Below are positions 49,313-61,471 of a stretch of 64,000 nucleotides of DNA, one piece after another. The DNA is taken from positions 2,170,001-2,234,000 of the forward strand of contig CM120645.1 in the NCBI GenBank assembly GCA_051362555.1, read 5' to 3'. The DNA comes from Lingula anatina (lineage: Eukaryota; Animalia; Brachiopoda). A program made the position numbers and the translations under genes. Below the pieces are notes generated by a model. It did not search any database, was not told the DNA's origin, and saw only the letters and a program-made list of their open reading frames with translations. Within the stretch, counting starts at the first letter, position 1. The number at the start of each line of letters is the position of its first letter.

Positions 49313-52300
49313 TCAGGCCTGAAATGCATATGCATATATTAATGAATATCACGTGAAATATATATATAAAATGGCGAATAAAGGCAACTTTTATTGTGAT
49401 GTTATCACCCCCAAAAAAGTAACCTATTTACATCATATGTATATTTATATTCAGAACTTTTTGCCATGAGATAAAACTTACCCGCGTATCTTCCATATCG
49501 TTTGTGCTTTCCTCTGCCACTTCAATTTCTGGAGAGTGGGATGTGATGAGGGTGTCATCTTCTAACTGTAAAGAAATGGAGACCATTTGGGATAAAACGG
49601 TAAACTTCATTACAACATCAACTGCAGTTGCCATGAAAAAACTGCTACATAAAATGCCTCAAATGATATACTTATCCCTAGAAAACATTCTGTGGACGAT
49701 AGAACGAATACAGAACGATAATTCGTGCATGTTACAATATTTACATGTATAACTTTTCAAAAATACGAGAAAAAAAGAACATGGCTTATGGTTCTGTTGC
49801 AAGTACCTTTTTGTGCTGATTATAGCATAGCGTGCAAGCTGCACAACTGGCGGTAAGGTTAACAATTGTAAATGATAACTTGTCAAAACTGTAATTATGC
49901 GCACCATTTGTTATCATTTACAACATAACCGAGAAAACCGTTCTTTCACCTTCTTAAGTAGGTCAAGGTCATCCGCCAGAGCCATCAGGACAGCGTCGTG
50001 CACCATGAGACATACGACGTCTCTGCCGTGGTCCTCTATGAAACCGTTCTTGTGGAGCATGTCTGAGAGCTGGGCTGATTAATATTAATAACATATCAAT
50101 AAAGTTTACCTAGAAACGTTATCACTAGGGGGCCTATTTCACAAATCTTCTGTGTATATATACTAATAAACAAAAGTCCAAGTCGTCTTATTTTACCAGA
50201 GATACGCAAAGATACTTAATATCACTAAAATAAAAAAGACCATGGCTTATATTCTTAGCAAGGGAAAGCGTCTGCAATTTAATATTTTGGATGCAGCAAA
50301 TAATGTTGATGTTTTTAAATTTGATCATCTCATAAAATTTGGGTAACAAAATATGATAAAAAAAACGCTGACCTACTTCAGACAATTAGAATGCAGAATT
50401 CGAAACAAAAATGTATAAAAACAGCATCAGTAGAGTTGACCGTAACTTCAGTCTTTTATTAGAAAAGCTGGTTATAGGTACTAAAATTTCTTATTCAATT
50501 TTCTGCAACGAACGTGATTTTATTTTCTCTGTTTAACCTACCTCTGCAATGTGCCAAAACAACCTGAATGTTGACTTCTTTGTATTCTGATAAAACCTTA
50601 AATGAGAAAAAATAAGGTACATTACTTCAAAGCTTCAAGACAAAACAAGAAGATTGGAGTGATAAGTTTGACGATATAACCACAATTTGCAATACTGGAA
50701 AACCGTACTGGAACATATAACTTAGAGGCAAAATATGTAATATAATGTAAATATGTAATGGATTTTCGACGATCAAAATATACTCATTTGATTTTAACAC
50801 AAGGCCTTCATGTATTATTAACGGATTATTTGATTTGATATCATTTGAGAGAGAGAGAGAGAGAGCAATCATTTTACCTGTTTCAGTACCTTGATACCAA
50901 CAGCGTCAATAAAGGTAATGGCGGAGCAGTCAATTATGATGTGGTGGATGTCGGGCTGTGGTGGAGGCTCTCCGTGGACCACGCCCTCGGTAGCCACCTT
51001 GTCTTCTGGATGGATATCTTCTATTTCCAAGGTAAGAACCTCTTTGGACTGGCCAATCATGGCGCCGTTACTTACTCCGTTTCCCGTTCTTTTCTTTATT
51101 ATGATAAAAAGTTATTGTTATGGATTTTATCTGAGATTGTACAATGCCAGCTATGGATGGAATAACATATACTTTATACCTTACCGATAATGCCCAAGTA
51201 ATATAAGCTGGCATAAAAAACGGATTAAAATGAGTAAGGTCAAAGGTTAGTAGTATTCTTGGTATACACTCTACAATTTACATTATGTGAAAACTTTCTT
51301 AATATTTTTGTTTATTATTATTATCTATCCATTCAAAAATACCAACCAATGGTTTGAACGCTACGTATTTTTCCAATATAAACAACGCCATTGTGTACTA
51401 GTGATATATTCATTTCAACTCGTACCTCAGCTTTTTGTCTTTTCTTCTCTTCCTTCTCTCTCTCTTTCTCCAGCGCCTCTCTTTTCTCTTTGCTCTTCAT
51501 CTGTTTCGCTTTCAGGAGTCCAGGATCACAGCCAGTAGCTGCGTACAGCTTGCTCCGGAAGTGTTCAGCGTTGGCGTAATACAAAGAAGATTCAAAGTGG
51601 AATATCTTGATACCTGGAATCTCTTCGACCTGGATATATAAATTCATGAAACAACCCGTCAACGAAATCAACAGAAACTTTGCTCGGCAAAATAGAGGGC
51701 TCATTTAAATTACTTCTTGCCATTGTTTTCAATTTGTGGTTATTAGAAGCCATTCTGTATAGCATATAAGAGTACTTTTTATGTACACAAATAACAGGAA
51801 TGGTGAAATTCAAATATTAAAAGTGCAGGTAGGCTATCTAATACGAATATGATGTAAGTATAATTACCGCCTTGTATATATTGCTGTCTCTGTATATGTC
51901 CGAATGGGGAACTCTCCCATACAAACACGTGTACGGCCTAACGAGAAAAAGAAAAATAATAAACCGTACATTTAATCAAACCGGGCTCATGTAAGTCACA
52001 TCTTAGAAAACCATAGCGGGCATTAAACTGATATAGGTAACATACCACTGGGGCGTAGTTGTGAAACACCTTTAAAATGTGAATACTAATTACCTTTCGT
52101 TGGACAACAAATGCGGTGATAAGAAAACAGTGTAAACAAGTTATATAATTATATATACACTTCAGGTCACAGAATCTGATTCTATAAATTAAGAAGCCAT
52201 ACCACTGTGTCCTGAACACGACGGTGAGCAGGGAGAAACCAACTCCAATCATGAGACCATAGTCCACGTTGAGGATCACCACTCCGAGGAAAGTAACAAT

Positions 52301-55300
52301 CCAGATCGCCTAAATATTTGGATACAACAGATATTACAGATATTACAGGAACCGAAAAGTATCTATTTAAGTTTTAAAAAATTATCATAAGGTGCCTTAA
52401 CATTGATTACCATTTACCAATATGACCATTTTTTCCATGCGCTCTACATGTACGTTAAATAAAACGTGCAGTAAAAAAGGACCGTGTGTTTATCGCTTCT
52501 GTCATTTCGAATACTGCTATTCATTGGTGGGTCCCGGATTGTGGAAATTGGTGTGTATTTGGGGGCTGTTGACTAGAAAGTGTGCCTTGTGCTGGGTGTG
52601 ACACTGCGCTGTGTTAGGTGTGACACCGTGCGCTGTGTTAGGTGTGACATGATTCATCATGAATGGCACCACAATTGTAAACGTAATAAAGTCAGATTCC
52701 TTACAAAATCAAACTTTGAAATCTTCCACAGCCTCTTCAGGTCTTTTACTTGCAGGAACATGCCTTTCAGTGCCACAATGATGATGGAGGCAAGAACACA
52801 CTGGAATATATAATATGATATCACATGGATAATACTTACAAAAGCAGTATAAAATTCTCGTGGTTATTTTCAAGAACACGAGGGTCTCTTTGCAATCGTT
52901 TGGATAAAAACGCCTTTCTTTTCAGTGTTTGATTTTTTAGAAAAACATATTCCTACCCTTGGAAGTGTTTTAAACAGTGGTCCAGCAGCCAGTATGACAA
53001 TAAGGATAAAACCGCTGGCTATGATGCTCGCCACCTAAAATATGGAAATTAATACAAATGTGAAGAATACATGAGAAAAAATTTATAACAATTTGGTTCA
53101 AAAATATACCAGCACACACAATTTGGAAGATAACGGATGTATCATTAAATACTATATCTGACGTCCCCAAAAGACCTATGTCTTCGAAATTCATGGGGGG
53201 ACATCCTGTAAGGATTTTGTAAAGTGCAAGAATAGAATTTTAGAAATAACACTTATCAGGGGATGATTTGTAGAATTTTTAAAACTACCGAAATTAAATT
53301 CTATTAACAACCGACGTGGCTTTTACCTGTGTCTTGCACCCCGCCGACTCCTGCACGCAGCTTCTTGACATGGAGGCCCCCGAGGCGAAGGCAGTGAAGA
53401 ACCCGCCCACCACATTGCTCAGACCATAGGCAACAAGTTCCTGAAATGAATAGCACATCACTCTTAAACTTTTCAGAATGCAGAGATATTAAGATGAAAC
53501 CAAAGGTTTGCCGCAGGACCAACACCTCAACAGAGTAACTAACACATTAAAAATAGCCCATAAGTGCATTCCAATCAGATTTGTTCAGGTCGATGAAAAT
53601 GTTACCATTGGGTCTCAGTGCTATTAAATTTAATGCTTGGCTTATAGTATATTCTTTTAATCTTTTATCGACATCTTAGTACTCGTTTGTTTGGAAAAAG
53701 TGGACAGTGACAGCAGGGCCAAAGGGAGGCAAGATGTGTACCTGGTTAGCGTCTATAGTATAACCATGGGGCTTGGCCAGTATCTTCGCCATAGACAAGT
53801 TGATGCTGAAGGCAACGATTGCCACGACAAACGAGTCAAGGACAACTTCTCCGAAATATTTAGCCGGTGGGATACTAGGGTGCGGAATACTGAAGATAGA
53901 TGTTGAAGACAGGTTGCATATTAAGTTGCCCAGTCGTTTCATTGTACAAAAATTGCTTAACACGTCAAGGAGTCAAAATATACAAGATTCAAGAAATATA
54001 AAATATTTCAATATATAAATTCAAAATAAATAATTCATCATCATGAAGTGATAATACCTATTTCAGAAAAGGCTAAGAAACACATCAAACACTCACACAC
54101 GAGCACGCGCGCATGCACACACAAACAACAAGGCGCGCGAACCCAAACACGCACAAAATGTCTTAGGTCTTACCCTGTTGGAATATCACCAACCACAACC
54201 AAGTCGTAAACCTCGTCCAGTTTGACAAAGTAACACACTAGAGTCCCACCTATTACCTAATATGGAAATTAAACCAAGATGTTTGTTAAAAATATATACT
54301 AACAAAAAAGACAAAGATAAATCCATAAATGACATCATATTATTTTTATTCCGATAAAAAAGCTTGTAAAAACCTCAGCCTTAACATCTTTAATAAAATA
54401 TATCAACATACATATATAAGCCCATTCAAATAAAAGTCTGGTATTTTGGTAGATTCCACCTTGCTGCAAAACTTTTGGCAAATTGTGAATAAAGAGATAG
54501 GGCTTGATTGGAAATCTAAGGGGTTTGCTTTTCTGATAAACCCCATAAAAAATTAGCATTATTTAGTCAAAATATTTCGACGGGTCGTTTTTAAAGAAAA
54601 TGGATGGTACCTACCACCAGTAGCTCTGCAGGAATTGGTACCTTCATTTTGGACTTAAATCTAGCGTTGATACACTCTTTAATAAGAACCAGAGTAAGAA
54701 TACATATGGCTGACATGATCAGAGCCGTCAAATTGGTCTGGGGTAGAGCAGGGAAAAACTGGATGTAAAACTGAAACATAATGTTTTTAAACCTATTGTA
54801 TACGAAGCTTTTAATCCAAGGATTGGTCTATATTAATATTAATGGTTAATATACGTATAAAATGATATTATGGGCAATGATTATCGTAGTAATGCTGAAA
54901 TAAAGGAACTGCAATTCTATTAGTATAAGAAATCAACGGATCTTGACATTAAGTTTTACAAGGATTTTGAATCACAACTCTCAAAAAATACTAAAGCTAA
55001 AAAAATACTAAGAATAAAAGCTGCAAACCACGCGATATATTTTACTTAACTTACGCTAATCAGTTTGAATGGACTAGGCACAGTCTTAACACTGACTCCA
55101 AAGACGTGTTTAATCTGTGAAGAAAACACGTGACAGGCGGCTCCTGTGGTGAATCCACTGACGAGGGGGTCGGACAGGTAGTTGGTGATGAAACCAAGAC
55201 GGAGTATGCCCTGCAGCAACTGGAAGATACATAATTTTTTAACGGGGGCAAGACGATGATGAAGGATATTGGTGGTTAATTGGCCAAAAAGCTAAGAATT

Positions 55301-57029
55301 AGGGCCCAGTTTCACAAAAACTCTTTTAAGGCTGAAAAGTGTTCCTGGTCAGTAGAAACTGCATGCAAAAATCGGATACCGAAAGTCGACTTTGTAATAT
55401 TAATCAGAAATGTATTTAAAATGACTGACCCCCAATATTGTTACTTTGGACATACCTAAATGTATACCCGCTATCAATAAGAGTACAAACCACCGTCAGA
55501 ACAATCACAATTTGCTGAGGATGCTTCAGTCAATAGACTCCAAAAAAATAAATTAAGTAATTTTTTTTATAAAACCCCCCCTCTTTGTCGGCTAAATTCA
55601 ATGTTCGATCGAGAGAAAACAACACATATTTTAACTGAAAACCATACCTGCCAACAGCCCGCTAACAGCGTCAGAGCCACGACGAGGTTAATCTTAAAGT
55701 CTACACACTCCTGGTAGTCGGTGGTGTCAACGTTACACGTCATCTCGTTCTCCAGTGACGTATTATCGGTACTGTTGTTAAGCAACGGGGTGGACGGGGT
55801 CCAGTTTGCCGTCTGCTTGTCAACAAAAGAGCCAACGAGAAGACTTGCCACTGCAGCAGATGCTGGCAAAAGAAAGTAACGCGTCAGCGAGATGACTTGA
55901 TTCCTTCCTTTGTAAAGGGTTACGACTAAACTCATGTGTACCAAAAAAGGTGAAAATTAAACCATTTGTTTTCTAATGGTACACAATCACAGTAATATAT
56001 CCAAAGTTATTTGTGTTTATTGTTTAGTCAAAATTCATGCTTCAGTGTCATACGCTATATGATCTGAGAGTGATTGTGTTTCTGGATATGTAAGATCCAG
56101 CTGAACGCAATGACTCCTGTCTCACCTAACACAGTGCGTGCTTCACATACCTATAGAAATGTGTCTGGATGATCCGAAAAAAAAATAGACCAACGGAGGG
56201 AAGAACGATGCATATAAACCATGAATCGATGGAAGACCACTCACCAATGCATATGCCATACCTGAAAAAAATACCTTTAGCGGCTGTACAGGCTGTAGCT
56301 AATATATAAAATTTAGACGATTTAAAATTAAAGATCGACCTCTGTGATAATTCATCCACATGATCTTAGAATATCCATTTTGACATGAATTACAGCGTCA
56401 ATTAATAGTTCTTTAAAGAGAGCTTTGCTCATCATAATTTCAAATGTCTAAAGATGTAAATATGATTTTGATACTTACATTGTTATTGACATTCTGCATA
56501 TAAAAATGGTTTGACTTCGATTGGAAATGGGGGGGTTACACCAAACATTCAATAGTACTTTGGGGCAGTTTTAAAATGAAAGCTTGATGTAGTATTTGAC
56601 CCTACCTTGGGGTAGATTCATTATCCCCACAGTTATCCCCGCCACAATATCAGATATCAGCCACAGCGGGAATTTATACTGGCGCATAATACCAACAAAC
56701 GGAAACAGTTGCAGTAGAAACGCTTTGAAGCATTCAGAAGAACACGCACAGCGTTTTCGCCACGTGTGATGAACGTGGTCTTTAACTGTTTTTTCCTCTG
56801 GCATGGTATGCTCATACAATGTATCAAAAGCCGACTGGGAGTACACCGGTCGAAGAACCCGAATTGTCCTGACATCTTCCGATCCATTTTTTGTAGAGGG
56901 CGCTTGTGTATTAGATCCTTCTGCACCGGAAGTGGAATCTGTTGTTCCCGTTTGGGAAAACGATGCACGATGCCGTAGCCCCCCGTTTGGTTCCTCCGTG
57001 GACCCATGCGTGTCTGTGGTTTCATTCAT
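49313..57029 (-). CDS. SLC26/SulP anion transporter paralog B, 17-18 coding exons, ~818 aa
   Basis: Exons 57029-56606, 56261-56151, 55862-55648, 55219-55055, 54770-54615, 54256-54174, 53889-53742, 53440-53327, 53034-52957, 52800-52705, 52309-52203, 51937-51868, 51629-51426, 51093-50878, 50596-50542, 50074-49950, 49565-49482, plus a tentative final GCC TGA at 49318-49313. Exon phases match paralog A and most exon sizes are identical. Same SLC26 and STAS motifs. Confidence 0.92.
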
Positions 57030-57486
57030 CTTGTCAATTACCTAACGCCTGCAATAAACACTAAAATATTTCACGACCAAAGTTAGCAAATAAATTAAGG
57101 CATTAAACATTTTTAAGGACAAGCACACGATGTGCTATTTCCATATTTTTTGTTTCTACAGCATAGGCCTATAAATGCGCTCTTCTAATGATGAGAAGAT
57201 TAACAATTTGATCTCGACTGAAATATTATTATTTATTGCTTCGGTTGATAAAAGCTTTTGTATAATTGGAATATATAAAGGTCGATGTCACGTGTAAATC
57301 TTCGTGACTGTCAAACTTGCACTGCTGCTTATATATGATATCCCTTTTTGTTTCGCAAATACGTGCACCGACGCGTGCCTCGTGTACATCAAAGACTTTC
57401 TGCAGTAGCCAACTGGGTAATAAATTCATTTCTAAAATGAAGTGATAAACTTCGCGCTGGTGACAACAGAAATGTTCAAAGAATTT

Positions 57487-57724
57487 GGGCTCATTCCCAA
57501 TGGAAATGTCGTTCTATGTACGGGGACTCTCGCTGAATGCAGTCAGTTTAACAGACTGACATGCCTACTCTTGTTTCCTACACACTCGTATAATTACCAA
57601 CTTCTCTGTATTCTACTCAATGTTAGATAGGCGTGTCAATCTGTTAATCTGATTGTGTTCAGCGAGATTCGCCGTGGAGTTGGGTCGATCTAAGTAGAAC
57701 GATAGTTTCATTGAGAATGAACCC
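57487..57724. mobile_element. MITE, family shared with ~60700-60942
   Basis: gggctcattcccaatg...cattgagaatgaaccc terminal inverted repeat. Internal inverted ctcgctgaatgca / tgtgttcagcgag. Right arm matches 60847-60942. Confidence 0.7.
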
Positions 57725-57741
57725 TTAGTAAATAAGTGTGA

Positions 57742-57783
<42 letters not shown>

Positions 57784-58652
57784 CATATTGTTGCGGCCTG
57801 AAGGGTGTCTCCACACTGAACAAGTGGGATGTTCTGACCTATCTACATATTACGTGAACGTCTTACGGCGTTAACAAGTATTTGGTAATATCCTTTTATC
57901 ACATAACCCAAGGCGGATAGCACATGATTAATATACTTGTCGCCTGTTGGTCAAAATCCTACAACATCTGACCTCATGACAAATGACTAATTTTTCATTT
58001 TTTTTAAATTTCGTATCCCTTCAATTGAAAACTTGCGTATCTTACTTTATAATATAATTGTCTCTTACCTTATATTTAAAAGTGCACATGTGGCGAACTT
58101 TTCAAAAAGTCTACCCAGCGATGCCTGCTCAGGCCGAGTGTATTAGTTAAACAACTGGCCTGTCTGGCTTATCGACTTTTTTAATTCGTGTCAGCATGCA
58201 GTTATCTGATTACTGTAGCAAAGTCGTAGATTAAAAATAATGACACAGGAGTCTCCACACGTACCATCTGCTCCGCCAAGTGAATCACCTGTGTCCATCT
58301 GACTGGTCACACTAGGCGGAGCAGGGCACTTTATTGTAGATAAAACGCGTAAAATGGACCTTCAATGTACATGTATCTTCATCTTTGAAATGTAGGCGAG
58401 TACACTACAGGCAAAGGTGCGGGTAGTGCTCTGATGAGCATAGACTGGTGGTCTAAATTAGTCGGCCATATTTAGTCGGCATATCATTTTGTATTCGGAT
58501 AATCTATTTTGAATGGGTCCTTGGACAGCATTTCTTGGGCTTTACTTTATGACTTATTTGATAACCTCCGCCTGTGTTTATTGATAACGTTTACACATGG
58601 GACGATTTGATGCAGGGCAGTAACTGGATCTGATTACGTGATAGTTTTATCA

Positions 58653-58657
<5 letters not shown>

Positions 58658-58732
<75 letters not shown>
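58658..58732. repeat. (TA)n microsatellite
   Basis: Read directly from the sequence. Confidence 0.95.
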
Positions 58733-58734
<2 letters not shown>

Positions 58735-60699
58735 GGATAGTTAAGATTTTGTCCGATATTTGCAAACTTGAGGTTTTTTTGCGACCAGGGACCTCCTAAG
58801 TATCTGCTTTAATTTAACATTCCCCTTATATAACAGCGCGTACAGCTCATAATTATTCATGTACCCTGCTACTTTTGCCTTGCTTTATGGTTTTTAATCG
58901 TGACATAAAAACAGGAGGAGTATGGTTTTGTGGAAGACAAATCACAACAGAGTGGACATCAATATCGTACTGGATTTAATACACCTGTTGTCAAAAATTT
59001 CAGCAGTAACGAGAGGGGTGCATTATTAGCCATAGCCCTACCCTCACTCCCTTCAAAAATGGGGCTATGACAATATGTGATGGCCAACATTAAATCAATA
59101 TCTCAGTGTTTGCGGAATTTCAGATACAGGGTTTTTCAAAAAGCTGTTTCCATTTTTGAAAGAAAAACAATTTTTTGTGTGGTCTAATTTTTTTCCTCGA
59201 ATACTACCATTTTGCGAGAACAGCTCAATAGTTACAACGTGCTCGATCAAAGCTCCTCGGTTATTTGAATGGGCAGCCATAGCATAGGAGCCCACGAATT
59301 CTCTATGTGTTTTGGTACTGTATGTTTACCGTATGTCGTACGTTTAGTTCTAGGTAGAGAAATCCTAACTTTTAGATATCGTTTCTTTATAATTCTAGTT
59401 CAAACATATTTATAAACACTGTGCCCTGTATATTGGACCGTCAGCTCACGGGAAAGGAAGTATGTTAACAGAGGTTCATAATAATGTTCTTTCTACAAAA
59501 CGATTCATTTGCCAAGCACGACTGTATTTCTACACTTTTCAAGTCTTTCAGTTCTCTCTCCTTTCCCCTTGCCAGCTCCCGTCCCTCTCTGACAATTATT
59601 TGTTTTACACTCCTAGCTCTACCCTCACCTATTTATGCCAGGTTTATGACATAAGTGAGTCTGTCGCTAGGACAATAAATTACCAAAAACAAGTTATGTA
59701 ACCCAACAAACTTGCAGGAAAACGCGTAGACCTACCGTTACGCTGCCTCCTAGTCGCACGCAAATTACGCCGGTTTCTTCCACAAAATGATGTGGCCAAA
59801 GAAATAATCCTTTAATTAATGCTTTAGGAAGTAAACGCCGTGTTACTTACAGAACAGCCAAGACAGTATGGTCTACAAATACTGTACACTCATTAAGTGG
59901 ATCGTGAACTGTATCACAAGTGCAATACACGCACTCCAAAAGGGAGCCGGCGCGTGACGTCAAATTAAACTATATATTCTGCTATATATTGGCTAACAAA
60001 AAAAGCTCAAGTGTCAATAAATAATACATTTATATGCAACTCTAATATATATGGGGAATCTTGAGTGGGAATATTCCACTAATACCGTTATTTCATAGCA
60101 GAATCGGCGACAACTTATTATTTATTAAAAAAAGGGGCCCTTTTTCATGCACCGTCACATATCTGCGCCAATAAAACACTGCGTTGCATTATAATGTATT
60201 GCATACATGCACATACATGCACATAAGTGCAGTACTACGTGCATATCCATGCACTGTGCATCTCGTCACTTTAAAATTTACTCACCACCGATGACTTTCC
60301 GGAGGTTGTAAGTTTTTAGAACTAATAAATAAGAGGGACGACCTAATCTGAAAGCACGATAAGATCTACAAGTATCTATGATAAAGGCAACGGGGCAACA
60401 AAGCGGTATACACACCTTGTAATATGCAGCTCAAATATTTGTTTATTGGTACGGTGAGGGCGTGGCTTGGTGGTCGTGGTGATATTTTCCACACTAAAAC
60501 ATCTTACTTTTCTTTTTTTTTTTTTTGTCATTGAAACACTGGTAGAGGCTGATTAATTTTGCTCGTGAGGGTAAACATTTTAATTTGCACCTACAAGACA
60601 AGTTAATAGCTATAGATCGGTGTCTTCTCGACTGTTATGGGTTTAGGATACCTTGGTTTAATAAAGTGGAAAGTAAAGGAAGTTCTTTTCATGTACAGT

Positions 60700-60942
60700 A
60701 TGCCCAATGAAACTATCGGTCTACACAGACCGTTCCAACTCCGCCTGGACTCTCGCCGAATGTAGTCAAATTAAGAGGTAATCACTCCTGATCCTAGCGT
60801 AGAGCAGAATACAGTAAAGCTGGTGATGATAAGAGTCCATTCAAGGAGGCGTGTTAATCTGTCAATCTGATTGCATTCAGCGAGAGTCCCCAAGGAGGTG
60901 ATCGATCTACGTAAACCGATGGTTTCATTGGGACTGAGCCCT
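60700..60942. mobile_element. MITE, second copy of the 57487-57724 family
   Basis: cccaatgaaactatcgg...ccgatggtttcattggg and ggactctcgccgaatg / cattcagcgagagtcc inverted pairs. Confidence 0.7.
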
Positions 60943-61170
60943 GAAACAAAGTGCGTGTTTTAAACTATACAAAGACCCCATCTCCAGTGCTGCTACCGTA
61001 AAGCCGGAACAGTGTATAAATTATGGCTAACAAACTAGCAAAACGCATAGTTAAAACTTAAAGGTATTTTATACACCTCTGAAAGAGTCCAAAAGACATA
61101 TTTTCTATGTTTTTATATCCTTCAAAGATATATGTACTTATCTTGCCCAATTTAGACCTTAACACTATAA

Positions 61171-61471
61171 GATCGCATTCACAACGAGTTGAGCCAGGCT
61201 TTACAAATCCTGGAACTAAACATGGCGGACGTACATGAAAGAAAAACCGCCTTATCATTTGATAGTCTCTCCGCCTCTCACACGCCTTCCCATGTCGTGT
61301 CCCAATGGAGCCGAAATTTAATGACTGTACCCCCGCAGGGACGACGCATGGGGAGGCGTGTGAGAGGCGGAGAGACTATTAAAAGATTAGGCGGTTTTTC
61401 TTTCATGTACGTCCGCCATATTTAGTTCCAGGATTTGTACAGCCATGGCTCAACTCGTTGTGAATGCGATC
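61171..61471. mobile_element. Fold-back MITE with ~130-bp near-perfect arms and TAA target-site duplication (Tourist-like)
   Basis: TAA|GATCGCATTCACAACGAGTTGAGCCA...TGGCTCAACTCGTTGTGAATGCGATC|TAA. Confidence 0.9.
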
